A stretch of 64,000 nucleotides of DNA, taken from a virus. The notes under the pieces are model-generated. The model searched no databases, had not been told where the DNA came from, and worked only from the letters and a program-made list of their open reading frames with translations. The position numbers and the translations under genes are program-made. The stretch is taken from the IMG/VR virus record IMGVR_UViG_3300042691_015921. One strand, 5' to 3'. Every line of letters starts with the position of its first letter. Within the stretch, counting starts at the first letter, position 1. This document shows positions 19,384-27,969 of this stretch, piece after piece.

Positions 19384-19476
19384 GGAGGGGCCGGAGGAAT
19401 CGAACCTCCGAAGGATGATCAACCCTACACCATGCCTTCCCACGGATTCGAACCGTGCCTCAACCACTGACCCCTC
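19384..19476 (-). ncRNA. tRNA-like RNA with two T-loop arms and no anticodon arm
   Basis: 8-bp closing stem GAGGGGTC/GGCCCCTC, CACGG-TTCGAAT-CCGTG, GGAGG-TTCGATT-CCTCC; own promoter. Confidence 0.7.
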
Positions 19477-19484
19477 TCTATCTG

Positions 19485-19527
19485 ATTCTACCACAACCTT
19501 ATCGACCGTCAACTCTCGTTGTCTTGA
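19485..19527 (-). promoter_or_regulatory. nested sigma70 (TTGACG-N16-TAGAAT) / sigma28-like (TCAAG-N16-GTCGATAA) promoter
   Basis: Directly upstream of tRNA-like RNA. Confidence 0.75.
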
Positions 19528-19967
19528 AAGAACTTGTCAAAATCTGGTTGTGTTCCCGGCCGCAACCGCCAATGAGTTACTCCCCAATTTCCAAAATCAT
19601 CTTTACCTATATGATATGGACCACCTTCGTATTCGGTCATTATGGGCGTTGGATCATGGGATAGATGGTATTTTTCACACCATTCCTTGTTCTCTCTATG
19701 GATATGACCGTATCCATCATACCCGCTGACGCACAAAAAGTCAACATCCGCACCTTCCGGTGGAAGTTGTTCTGTAACTGGAATCCACCGCAAGGCGGAT
19801 TCTAGTTCTTTTACTTTTTGTTCTGATTTAGCTAAAGCGTCACACCATTGTGAAATTTTGCTACGGTAATTTACGCAGCGTTCCATTACTAATTTTACGT
19901 CCGCGTCTGAATAGTTACCTTCTTTGATGTTTTTAATTGCTAGATCTAGACCAAATGATTCACTCAT
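19509..19967 (-). CDS. DUF551-like protein
   Basis: WIPVTEQLP...VTHW motif. Confidence 0.75.
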   Translation of the reverse strand: MSESFGLDLAIKNIKEGNYSDADVKLVMERCVNYRSKISQWCDALAKSEQKVKELESALRWIPVTEQLPPEGADVDFLCVSGYDGYGHIHRENKEWCEKYHLSHDPTPIMTEYEGGPYHIGKDDFGNWGVTHWRLRPGTQPDFDKFFQDNES

Positions 19968-20220
19968 TTTCAGCCTCTTTTGCTTTACGTTCTTCTTCCA
20001 GCCTCTGCCTAACTTGTTCCTTCAACGCCTCAAATTCTTCCGGTGTCATAGGACAATTTGGGCATTTATCTATTGGCTCTGACGGACCATTGGACTCCCA
20101 TTCTGATCCACAACCGCTGCAAATTGTAATAGTGCGGCGTGGCACTTCTGGCTTTATAGTGCGTTGTTCACACCCAGACAATACCAATAGAAAGATAGCT
20201 ATCAATTTTTTAATATTCAT
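19960..20220 (-). CDS. lipoprotein with zinc ribbon
   Basis: LVLSGC lipobox; CSGC...CPNC. Confidence 0.7.
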   Translation of the reverse strand: MNIKKLIAIFLLVLSGCEQRTIKPEVPRRTITICSGCGSEWESNGPSEPIDKCPNCPMTPEEFEALKEQVRQRLEEERKAKEAENE

Positions 20221-20221
20221 C

Positions 20222-20605
20222 CTAACCCCTGTCTTTCAAAAGTTGGTTTAATCTTACGATTTCATCAGACTGATCACTATACATCTTCCCTATTTTCTCA
20301 AGCAAATGTTGTATATCTTCATTAGACATCGCCCAGCAATTACATTCATCTCCTGCTGCATCATTGGCACATCCATCCTCTGATAATGGACAAGAATACC
20401 ATGGATCTTCACAGGTATAATGACCTCTATATGCGAGCTTTTTAAGTTGATTTAGTAGTTCAATCACCTGTGTTCTCCCACAACTTGTATAGACTCTCTG
20501 AAAACTGTGCGAGCCATTCCCAGTTTTCTTCTGAAATTGAACTATCATCGTATCTATCCATTTCCTCACGGATCTTTTCCCCTTCATCTGATTCGTCCTT
20601 ACCAT
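20222..20605 (-). CDS. hypothetical protein (true start likely near 20470)
   Basis: HYTCEDPWYSCP..CNC motif. Confidence 0.6.
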   Translation of the reverse strand: MVRTNQMKGKRSVRKWIDTMIVQFQKKTGNGSHSFQRVYTSCGRTQVIELLNQLKKLAYRGHYTCEDPWYSCPLSEDGCANDAAGDECNCWAMSNEDIQHLLEKIGKMYSDQSDEIVRLNQLLKDRG

Positions 20606-20669
20606 CTTTGATAAGTTGATGAAGTTGAACAGTTAGTTCGACCATACGCTTAAGATTGTTAGTATTCAT
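20460..20669 (-). CDS. hypothetical protein
   Basis: Start trimmed to MNTNN. Confidence 0.65.
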   Translation of the reverse strand: MNTNNLKRMVELTVQLHQLIKDGKDESDEGEKIREEMDRYDDSSISEENWEWLAQFSESLYKLWENTGD

Positions 20670-20875
20670 TTGCGATATTCCTGTGCTAATTTTTGTATAT
20701 CCACACATTTCCTGTGATTTTCTCTTTCCCATTCAAGCTGGTTGTTTAGCCATCCAATAGCAGCAAGTAACTCGTCCCGATTCAACTCCTCAGAGGGAAC
20801 GCCGAATAATTCAAATTCTGTCTTATGGGACTTCACCCAGTCTAAAGAAATTTCCCTCACTTGTTCATTCATCAA
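20666..20875 (-). CDS. hypothetical protein (paralog of N-terminus of 21740..22231)
   Basis: EISLDWVKSHKTEFELFGVPSEEL.RDELLA.IGWLNNQL. Confidence 0.75.
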   Translation of the reverse strand: MMNEQVREISLDWVKSHKTEFELFGVPSEELNRDELLAAIGWLNNQLEWERENHRKCVDIQKLAQEYRK

Positions 20876-21323
20876 AAAAAGCCCTCACTATCGTTACAGC
20901 ATCATTCAAATTATTTACTTTGTATCCACACATAGCGAACATCATAGAGTGAGAATGAACATTATTTACTCCATCCTCTATAATAAGCACTACTGGAATA
21001 TGTTCGTGATAAGCCCACGCAACTTCGAACATAGTGCCAATACTAACCTTTGTAGCTCCTAAAAGGTTAACAATTATAATATCTGAATTAATAACATCAG
21101 AATGATCTCTCGTCAAGATCGCGGGACCGCCACTCAATATACCCTCAACGTTTGTCGCAGATATATCTTTACAGTCTTGCAAGTAATGCTTACCTCGCAT
21201 TGGACTCAAGCACTTAACATTATTCGTTATTGACTTGACTTTTGCTATAAAATCATTTCGCCAATCCGTTGCTCCACCATAAGAACACGAAGTAATCGGT
21301 CCTGCTAAATAAACCCTATTCAT
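20865..21323 (-). CDS. nucleoside 2-deoxyribosyltransferase-like protein
   Basis: VYLAGPI..DWR..SPMRGK..RD..D..SD..SIGTMFEVAWA. Confidence 0.88.
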   Translation of the reverse strand: MNRVYLAGPITSCSYGGATDWRNDFIAKVKSITNNVKCLSPMRGKHYLQDCKDISATNVEGILSGGPAILTRDHSDVINSDIIIVNLLGATKVSIGTMFEVAWAYHEHIPVVLIIEDGVNNVHSHSMMFAMCGYKVNNLNDAVTIVRAFFDE

Positions 21324-21376
21324 AGTAGTCTCCTTTTATTTATAAGCTCTGCTAATCGTAATAATATCCCACCTAT

Positions 21377-21565
21377 TCATCTTTTTAGTTTATCTTCCAT
21401 ATTGTTAAGTCTCACATGGATCGTAGTTATTTCTTGTCTAAAGCTTTTTAAACTATCTCCGTGATCAATGATAGTTATCATCCTCCACGCCGCTCCAATT
21501 AATGAAAGGACGATAGAAACCACTATAGCAATTATACCAATCTGTTCTAAAACTGAATGAGTCAT
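21377..21565 (-). CDS. small membrane protein
   Basis: Tandem paralog of 21562..21747. Confidence 0.65.
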   Translation of the reverse strand: MTHSVLEQIGIIAIVVSIVLSLIGAAWRMITIIDHGDSLKSFRQEITTIHVRLNNMEDKLKR

Positions 21566-21747
21566 TTGAGTTTCCCCTCTATGTTGCTAATTCTTTCTGA
21601 TAGCTCGTTAGTGCCTTTTATCAGGAGGTCACAATCATATCGAAGATCAGATATGAATTCATGTCGATATATCTCTGCCACGATTAAAGCCGCTAATCCA
21701 AGCACTATTGTTAGCATTCCGATAATTTGTAAAATTGATTCAATCAT
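21562..21747 (-). CDS. small membrane protein
   Basis: SILQIIG..TM..RI.NIE.KLK. Confidence 0.65.
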   Translation of the reverse strand: MIESILQIIGMLTIVLGLAALIVAEIYRHEFISDLRYDCDLLIKGTNELSERISNIEGKLK

Positions 21748-22231
21748 TCGACGCCCCCTTCGCTTTAGGCGTCGAACGGGCGAGAATGCCGTCTACGAAA
21801 TCGGCTTCCCTGGAAGTGTCTGTGGCCGTGGCTTCGTCACCGTTGCGGTATTGCTGATTCGCCAATTCACGGAGCTTACGGGCGGCAAAAGCCATCGCCT
21901 CACGCTCCTCCTCCGTCAGCCACGGTGCGTCGTAGAGGGGGAGTGCATCTTTGTCTTTCCACTTGGCAAGCCGCTCGTCTGTCGTCACTTCATACTTGTC
22001 ATGCCATCGACTGCCGTCAAACCAAGGTTCGCCTTTGTATAACCACGCCACCGACTCCGCGTTGCTTGCAGACTTATTATGATTTTCTCTTTCCCATTGA
22101 AGCTGATTATTCAGCCAACCAATAGTGGCGAGTAATTCATCCCTACTCAATTCCTCTGATGGAACACCAAATAGTTCAAATTGGGTCTTGTGTGAGTTTA
22201 CCCACTCCAAGGAGATTTCACTATCAGTCAT
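21740..22231 (-). CDS. chimeric hypothetical protein
   Basis: N-half paralogous to 20666..20875, C-half GC-rich (VAW..PLY..LTEEEREA). Confidence 0.75.
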   Translation of the reverse strand: MTDSEISLEWVNSHKTQFELFGVPSEELSRDELLATIGWLNNQLQWERENHNKSASNAESVAWLYKGEPWFDGSRWHDKYEVTTDERLAKWKDKDALPLYDAPWLTEEEREAMAFAARKLRELANQQYRNGDEATATDTSREADFVDGILARSTPKAKGASND

Positions 22232-22374
22232 TTGTTTCTCCGTTTTTCAATTTGCATTCCGATTAATACTCCAACGCCAATTAGCGTTAATGCTGTTGGC
22301 AATAAATAGGATAATGGAAAATACATAAATAAAGCCAGAAAGAATAGTAGTATATTTTCAAAAAACTCATTCAT
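22228..22374 (-). CDS. small membrane protein
   Basis: Start MNEFFE after RBS AGGAG. Confidence 0.6.
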   Translation of the reverse strand: MNEFFENILLFFLALFMYFPLSYLLPTALTLIGVGVLIGMQIEKRRNK

Positions 22375-22384
22375 TTGATTTCTC

Positions 22385-22600
22385 CTATGAGGTAATCTTT
22401 CTATACAAAAGCGGGGCCGGATGTTGACACCACTTGGTTTTAAACACTTCTTCACCAGCATCATTAATCACATGCTCAATCGGCGTGATTATATGCACAG
22501 CTTCTCCTGTTTCAGTATCACACCACACGCAGAATTCTAGTCTGATTCCATTAGTGTCAAATACGTCATAACTACAATGTTCTGGAACCTTGAGAATCAT
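22385..22600 (-). CDS. hypothetical protein
   Basis: Start trimmed to MILKVP. Confidence 0.65.
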   Translation of the reverse strand: MILKVPEHCSYDVFDTNGIRLEFCVWCDTETGEAVHIITPIEHVINDAGEEVFKTKWCQHPAPLLYRKITS

Positions 22601-22601
22601 G

Positions 22602-22898
22602 TCATTCATCCCCTTGGTATATCTTATCATCACCCTCCAATACCTCGCTTCCGCACCATTCACATTTATGCTTTTCCCAAGGGTATAGTGGACGAACAGG
22701 TTTAGCATAATGTTTAACCAACCAGTCAATTTGGCCGGTCTGAATACGAATACTGGAATCTATATTCTGTATACTTTTATTAAGGCTAATCAGATTAGCT
22801 GATAAATACTTAATCTGTACACCTATACCAAGTAACAATATGGTTGCCAAAATCCACAGAAATTTTGTTATTAAGGAATCAAATTCTGCGTTTGTCAT
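22602..22898 (-). CDS. membrane protein with zinc ribbon
   Basis: TM segment, CEWCG. Confidence 0.65.
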   Translation of the reverse strand: MTNAEFDSLITKFLWILATILLLGIGVQIKYLSANLISLNKSIQNIDSSIRIQTGQIDWLVKHYAKPVRPLYPWEKHKCEWCGSEVLEGDDKIYQGDE

Positions 22899-22899
22899 A

Positions 22900-23559
22900 T
22901 TATTTATTCCTAGCGATAAAAGAGCGAAGTGAATTCGCAGACTCATAAAATTGAGCATAGTCAAGTCTATCGGCAATACGAGATAATTGGTCTATATCTT
23001 CTTTTGTTATAGTATATTTAGGGCCAGAATAAAGAGGAAAATGTTCCCATCCCTCATGTTCTGGAAATATTCCTTTGGCAAGTTCTTCTGTAGAACAACA
23101 TGACCATACTAGATCGACTTTATATTGAGTATCTTTTGTATTTCGTACACCCCAAGTAATTGGAGTGGAAGAGTTTTTAATCTCTTCCAACTCTTTCTTT
23201 ACCTGTTCATACTTTCTCCTCAAGTCATAAACAGTACCACTAGCAATTCGTGCGGACTCACAAGCTGCTTTCCAGTCTTCCGCTTTTTCTCTCTTTAGTT
23301 CTTCGATAACTTTATTTTGTGCGGCAATTTCAATATTCGCTTGGTGAACATCGCGGCGTGCCCGGTCGAGATCGTCGTCGTATTTTTGGTTAGCCGCGTC
23401 ATTCACAGAATGGAAAAGACGCTCAAACGAATCTCGCTCGGCAGTGAGACTAGCGATTTGAGCATCGCGTGCCTGTAAAGTATCCCGCAAGATGCAAAAC
23501 TGGGAGTCCCATTGTCTGTCCTCTAGTTTCCCATCAGTATTATATCGTGGTTCAATCAT
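22900..23559 (-). CDS. coiled-coil hypothetical protein
   Basis: Tiled ORF. Confidence 0.75.
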   Translation of the reverse strand: MIEPRYNTDGKLEDRQWDSQFCILRDTLQARDAQIASLTAERDSFERLFHSVNDAANQKYDDDLDRARRDVHQANIEIAAQNKVIEELKREKAEDWKAACESARIASGTVYDLRRKYEQVKKELEEIKNSSTPITWGVRNTKDTQYKVDLVWSCCSTEELAKGIFPEHEGWEHFPLYSGPKYTITKEDIDQLSRIADRLDYAQFYESANSLRSFIARNK

Positions 23560-23791
23560 TTTTAATTCTCTCCTCTAGATCGACAATCTTACGCCTATCC
23601 TTAGACCACTCCATTACAGCCTCTTCCATAACATATTTTATATCTCCAATTTCTGGATAACCATTCATCGTTGGAGCCTTGAGTCTCATAAGCATATTAC
23701 GTAAAGCTACATATGCTGATGTTGGTTCGATATTATCTTCTTGTCGATGCTCGGCATCGTACTGCATCTTTTGAAAATTTCTCTTAGTCAT
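23552..23791 (-). CDS. hypothetical protein
   Basis: Tiled ORF. Confidence 0.7.
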   Translation of the reverse strand: MTKRNFQKMQYDAEHRQEDNIEPTSAYVALRNMLMRLKAPTMNGYPEIGDIKYVMEEAVMEWSKDRRKIVDLEERIKND

Positions 23792-24063
23792 CAGTTAACT
23801 CCCGCCGCCTGGAAATAAGACCTCATATGATCCCGGTAAGCTTCTGAATAGCGAAGCGGACAGGCCATGCCATCATCAACCCGATTCTTTGGTACGATAA
23901 AATATCCGTCATCATCCTTGACTATAACAGACCCCTCTGGAACTGAGACAGACAAAATATCTTTATCGTTGACCACCATATCACTAGTAATTCCATATGG
24001 AGTCTTTGTGGTAATAATTCTACCCGACTCATGCTTCCTGGCCTTAAATCTATTCTTCGACAT
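23791..24063 (-). CDS. hypothetical protein
   Basis: Tiled ORF. Confidence 0.75.
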   Translation of the reverse strand: MSKNRFKARKHESGRIITTKTPYGITSDMVVNDKDILSVSVPEGSVIVKDDDGYFIVPKNRVDDGMACPLRYSEAYRDHMRSYFQAAGVN

Positions 24064-24072
24064 ATTGTTTCC

Positions 24073-24501
24073 TCAAACTGTAAAAATTTTGTTAAATGAA
24101 GACCCAAAAGTATTCCGGTCAATACTCCAATAAACCCGGTGCAAACCAACAGCGTCTAGAATCTTCTGACAATTATCACATGGTTTGCTCAATAAAATCT
24201 TTCCCTGACGATTAATCCTGAGAACAACAATGGAAAGATCGTCGTCAATCTCATTATATCTGTCCAGAAGTTTAGAAACAAGATGACTTTCCGCGTGAAT
24301 GTAAGGAAACTCTTTGTAGGTCTGGATATTAAACCGCTTTCCCATTTTATATGCCTTGGAGTTAATCTTGATAGGATTATTCTCGCAGACAAGAATGGGC
24401 TTTTTACCGCTAAAAGCAATAGCATAGTGATAACGTCGCTGAAACTCATTCGGCGTGAAAGTATCGTAACTCAACTTAATAGCTTTGTCAATAATTTTCA
24501 T
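24073..24501 (-). CDS. cytidine/deoxycytidylate deaminase-fold protein
   Basis: IHAES...SKPCDNC zinc motif. Confidence 0.85.
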   Translation of the reverse strand: MKIIDKAIKLSYDTFTPNEFQRRYHYAIAFSGKKPILVCENNPIKINSKAYKMGKRFNIQTYKEFPYIHAESHLVSKLLDRYNEIDDDLSIVVLRINRQGKILLSKPCDNCQKILDAVGLHRVYWSIDRNTFGSSFNKIFTV

Positions 24502-24814
24502 TTGGTTGCCAGAAGGTAAAGACCAACGTTGCTAAAGGCATACCCAGCGTATGCCATGCTCATCCCGATATTGCCCTTATATCCCTGCTCAAAAGATACA
24601 TACAGATAGATCGCCCCGGTTAAAAGTATTAGATTACCGCTCATACTGCCTCCTGTACAGTGAGAAGTGGATAAAGTTCCTGATATTTTTTGATAGCTAA
24701 ATCTTTTTGTTTGATCTCAAAATCTAGACCGTAAGTATCGATTGGCTGAGTGGCATAGTCTGGAAACTATAATCCTGATCTTTTAATTCCAGAGAGATAC
24801 AGCAGAGGCCGGGC

Positions 24815-25099
24815 TTATTCATCACCAAATTCCTTTTTGAGATCTTCGTAACACTTGCGTCGATATGTCTTATTCTGTTCTTCAAGTTTGATACGAGTAT
24901 TGTATTCTTCGTCTGTTTCAAGTCGTTCCTTGGAAACGTGAAATTCTCTATCGTCCGGTCCATAATAGTCACAAGTAATGTCTGTCCATCCCTCTTCTTT
25001 ATATTTTTGAAGCATAGAAATTACACTATCGATACTTTTTTCAAAGTCTATACGGTGATAATTTCTTTCTGTTCTCATTTTCTTCATGTTATTATCCAT
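24815..25099 (-). CDS. hypothetical protein (RLETDEEY family)
   Basis: Shared motif with 26646..26975. Confidence 0.7.
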   Translation of the reverse strand: MDNNMKKMRTERNYHRIDFEKSIDSVISMLQKYKEEGWTDITCDYYGPDDREFHVSKERLETDEEYNTRIKLEEQNKTYRRKCYEDLKKEFGDE

Positions 25100-25334
25100 T
25101 CTGGTTTACGTTTTTCATATCTACAAGATATCTAACATACCAACGACTACCATCTTTGCATATTACAAAGCTGGCATTCAAATTGAGTTCGACCTGTTCT
25201 TCAAAAGCAAGGAGTTGTAGCACCAGTCTTCTATTACTAGCCAAAAATATACGATCTGTTCCCTCAATGGGATCACCATTTTTATTGGTTTTCCATCCGG
25301 CGTATTGTCTCGTCATAATTACAGAACAGTCCAT
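25092..25334 (-). CDS. hypothetical protein
   Basis: Tiled ORF. Confidence 0.6.
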   Translation of the reverse strand: MDCSVIMTRQYAGWKTNKNGDPIEGTDRIFLASNRRLVLQLLAFEEQVELNLNASFVICKDGSRWYVRYLVDMKNVNQNG

Positions 25335-25675
25335 TCTGGTTTGGGTTTGCCTTTTAATTTGACGCTTTTCTTCGCTTTAGAGCATAGCTTGGCTACTGCC
25401 TCTACGCAAACTTTTGCTTCCTTGAGTGTATCACAGCATCCCTCGTTTGTCAACTCCTTTGCGGAATGGAGATACTCAGGAGAGTAATCTAATTCAATAT
25501 GGTCTTTTAAACAGCCGTCAGCTTTGTATGTTTGCTCACTCGTTCGCGGCACATTAAAACAACCAAAACAAACCCGGTCATAATTTCTGCCGTCAACGAA
25601 TGGAGAGGTTTTGTGAGCTTTGGTATATATAAGAGTTTTTTGACCACAGATATCACACTCTATTGTTTTTGACAC
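25319..25675 (-). CDS. zinc-finger hypothetical protein
   Basis: CDICG...CFGC. Confidence 0.7.
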   Translation of the reverse strand: MSKTIECDICGQKTLIYTKAHKTSPFVDGRNYDRVCFGCFNVPRTSEQTYKADGCLKDHIELDYSPEYLHSAKELTNEGCCDTLKEAKVCVEAVAKLCSKAKKSVKLKGKPKPEWTVL

Positions 25676-25983
25676 TAAAGAGGTTCTCCTATTTCAAAAA
25701 AATAATGACTATCCTCTGGATCAACAATGACCACACTAAAATGTATATGGTGAAATTTGTGCTTCTTCTTAATTGACTTGCATAATTCTATGAATCTATT
25801 ACTGTTGAAATAATTAAAAGCTCCCATATACACATGAGCCTCAAATGCCCATCCTCCGCAATGATCGTCTACTTTTAGTAGAGGGGAATGATCTCCTAGT
25901 CTTAACCAAGTATTTAGTCTATCTATAATGAACCTATGATCCAGAATATCGAGGGTCACTATGACGTTTGTTATGCGGCTCAT
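25675..25983 (-). CDS. hypothetical protein
   Basis: Tiled ORF. Confidence 0.7.
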   Translation of the reverse strand: MSRITNVIVTLDILDHRFIIDRLNTWLRLGDHSPLLKVDDHCGGWAFEAHVYMGAFNYFNSNRFIELCKSIKKKHKFHHIHFSVVIVDPEDSHYFFEIGEPL

Positions 25984-26438
25984 GATTCTACTCTCCCGTC
26001 TGGATAAAACACTTTAACTGGGACGTTTCGTTTAATCGCATAATCATAATAAGTATACCAAGTTCCACCTTTTGACTTACGCTCATTATCCATAGGCACT
26101 ACTATTAGTAGATCACTACTGTCAACAATATCCCGATTACGAGCGAAGTGAGTTTTTGCTGTTAGAATTCTATCTGATTTATGGAATGCTCTCAATGATT
26201 CATCGACTGGTGGGTGACTAACAGTAAATTGATTGAGATCTTCTGCAATACTTGCAATCTCTACATCAACTCCTATGCAGTCTCCATGATGTAGTATAAA
26301 ATTCACCGGTCCTAGCTCATGTAGAAATTTCTTAACATTATATGTCTGAGTCTCATTCATCCCATTGCGAGTTCCTGTGACCCCTATGTATGGGACTATT
26401 GTTTCTGCACGAAAATCTTCTAGATTTGACTCTCTCAT
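25980..26438 (-). CDS. SLOG/DprA-like Rossmann protein
   Basis: IGVTGTRNG, LHHGDCIGVD, ARNRDIVD, GGTWYT. Confidence 0.85.
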   Translation of the reverse strand: MRESNLEDFRAETIVPYIGVTGTRNGMNETQTYNVKKFLHELGPVNFILHHGDCIGVDVEIASIAEDLNQFTVSHPPVDESLRAFHKSDRILTAKTHFARNRDIVDSSDLLIVVPMDNERKSKGGTWYTYYDYAIKRNVPVKVFYPDGRVES

Positions 26439-26656
26439 TTTGGTTTCTCAATTAGTGAGAGAGTTACACCCTCGTGCAAAATAACAAAAGGGATATCTAT
26501 ACCAGCCTGTTTTTTAAAGTCCGCAAATCTTTGACTCAGAGCCTTTATTTCTAATTTAGTCATATAATTAGGGACGGTTATTACAAAAAGCAGAGGATTA
26601 TCTGATTCATATAAAGAGGTCTTGATATTTTCCCAACCATAGTTGTCATTTTCCAT
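26435..26656 (-). CDS. hypothetical protein
   Basis: Tiled ORF. Confidence 0.65.
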   Translation of the reverse strand: MENDNYGWENIKTSLYESDNPLLFVITVPNYMTKLEIKALSQRFADFKKQAGIDIPFVILHEGVTLSLIEKPK

Positions 26657-26975
26657 CGAATTTCTCCTTTAGCTTAAGGTATCTATTGTATTCAGCCTTT
26701 TCTTGTTCCTCTTTTTCCTTTTTCTTACTCGCTCTGACCTTTTTATTTAACTGCATTCTCTTTTCATATTCCTCGTCTGTTTCCAGTCGGGAGGTATAGA
26801 CAACAAAGTATTGTGTATCACTATCCCCATAGACTAATTCAAGTTTAACCTTGTTTGTACCATCTGAAAGATTCACCCAGATATTTTTGAGATATTCTAT
26901 CGCTGATTCTATTGATCCCTCTAGAGAACCCAGACTGATCTCGTCGTACTTTTCTGTTATAAATATTTTCTTCAT
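26646..26975 (-). CDS. hypothetical protein (RLETDEEY family)
   Basis: Start trimmed to MKKIFI. Confidence 0.7.
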   Translation of the reverse strand: MKKIFITEKYDEISLGSLEGSIESAIEYLKNIWVNLSDGTNKVKLELVYGDSDTQYFVVYTSRLETDEEYEKRMQLNKKVRASKKKEKEEQEKAEYNRYLKLKEKFDGK

Positions 26976-27033
26976 TTGTGCATCCTTTAAAAACTCCTGG
27001 GGTGGCATTGCTGCCACCCCAGGGTTATTGATC

Positions 27034-27930
27034 TCACACCCAAACCCTGTAGTTTTCGTTATCATCCTCCCAATCGGGGTCTTCCTCGTCCTGCTCGTCC
27101 TCGTCCTCATAGTCTGGGTCTTCCTCATCCTCGTCCTCGTCATACGAGAACTTCTCGCTATACAGGGGGCGATTCAAAGCACCCTGATACTCGGCAGCAA
27201 CCTCGTAGTTGGTTACACGAACCTTTTGACAGTTCTCGTCAAGGGGGACGCTCACAACATCCTGCGGATTAACCTTAACGATAACAATCTTATCACAACT
27301 GTTAGCGTGTCCCTCAACGTACTTTAGAGAACCAACATGAAGACCCCCGGAGCATCCAACGCTTCGATTATCGTCAACCCTAGAGCGACTCATGCTAGGA
27401 CAATCCCCGACATTATTACGGTATGATCTGAGGGTGTACTTATCCACGAAATCTCCATCATTTACCGTCTTGCCGTTCTTATCCACAAAGCTTTCTCCGT
27501 GATAAACGCTGACTGCCTTGTAAGCAAGAAAGTAACCGTCTTCCGTAATCGGGAGATTCTCATGCTCCAAAAAGTCATACAGTTCACGCTGACTCTGCAT
27601 ACTTGGATTCTGCATAAGATTCTTAAGGAAATTAACAAGAGGCTGGAACGGAAGACCGTTCTTCATGAAATCAAGAAGACGTTTGGTGATTGTACTATGG
27701 ACCTCCTCTCCATCATAGAAAACCACACCATTCTTGACCTCAACAGAGCCGTCACTAAAGCTGGCAACGGCACTCTGAACATCGATCAGATTAAGCATGG
27801 TGTCTTCGTCTGCCGTATGGAGAGCCTCAACAATCGACTTGTAGTTGAAATGATCCTTAAGAACTTGGTAGCTCTTGTTCTTAAGAACAACCGTCAAATT
27901 ACCATCAACAATCATGAACGGAACACTCAT
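27034..27930 (-). CDS. rIIB: rIIB-like protein with acidic tail
   Basis: PLVNFLKNL..NPS..ELYDFL..ITEDG.FLAYK..CSGGLHVG..KVNPQDVVSVP.D; downstream of rIIA. Confidence 0.88.
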   Translation of the reverse strand: MSVPFMIVDGNLTVVLKNKSYQVLKDHFNYKSIVEALHTADEDTMLNLIDVQSAVASFSDGSVEVKNGVVFYDGEEVHSTITKRLLDFMKNGLPFQPLVNFLKNLMQNPSMQSQRELYDFLEHENLPITEDGYFLAYKAVSVYHGESFVDKNGKTVNDGDFVDKYTLRSYRNNVGDCPSMSRSRVDDNRSVGCSGGLHVGSLKYVEGHANSCDKIVIVKVNPQDVVSVPLDENCQKVRVTNYEVAAEYQGALNRPLYSEKFSYDEDEDEEDPDYEDEDEQDEEDPDWEDDNENYRVWV

Positions 27931-27969
27931 CGTAGTCTCCTTTTTAGTAGTAAAGCTGTCTGTGTGTGA

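Noticed and set aside
19331-19729. Plus-strand ORFs over the tRNA-like RNA
   Set aside because: Antisense to tRNA, ncRNA and DUF551-like gene; no supporting signals.
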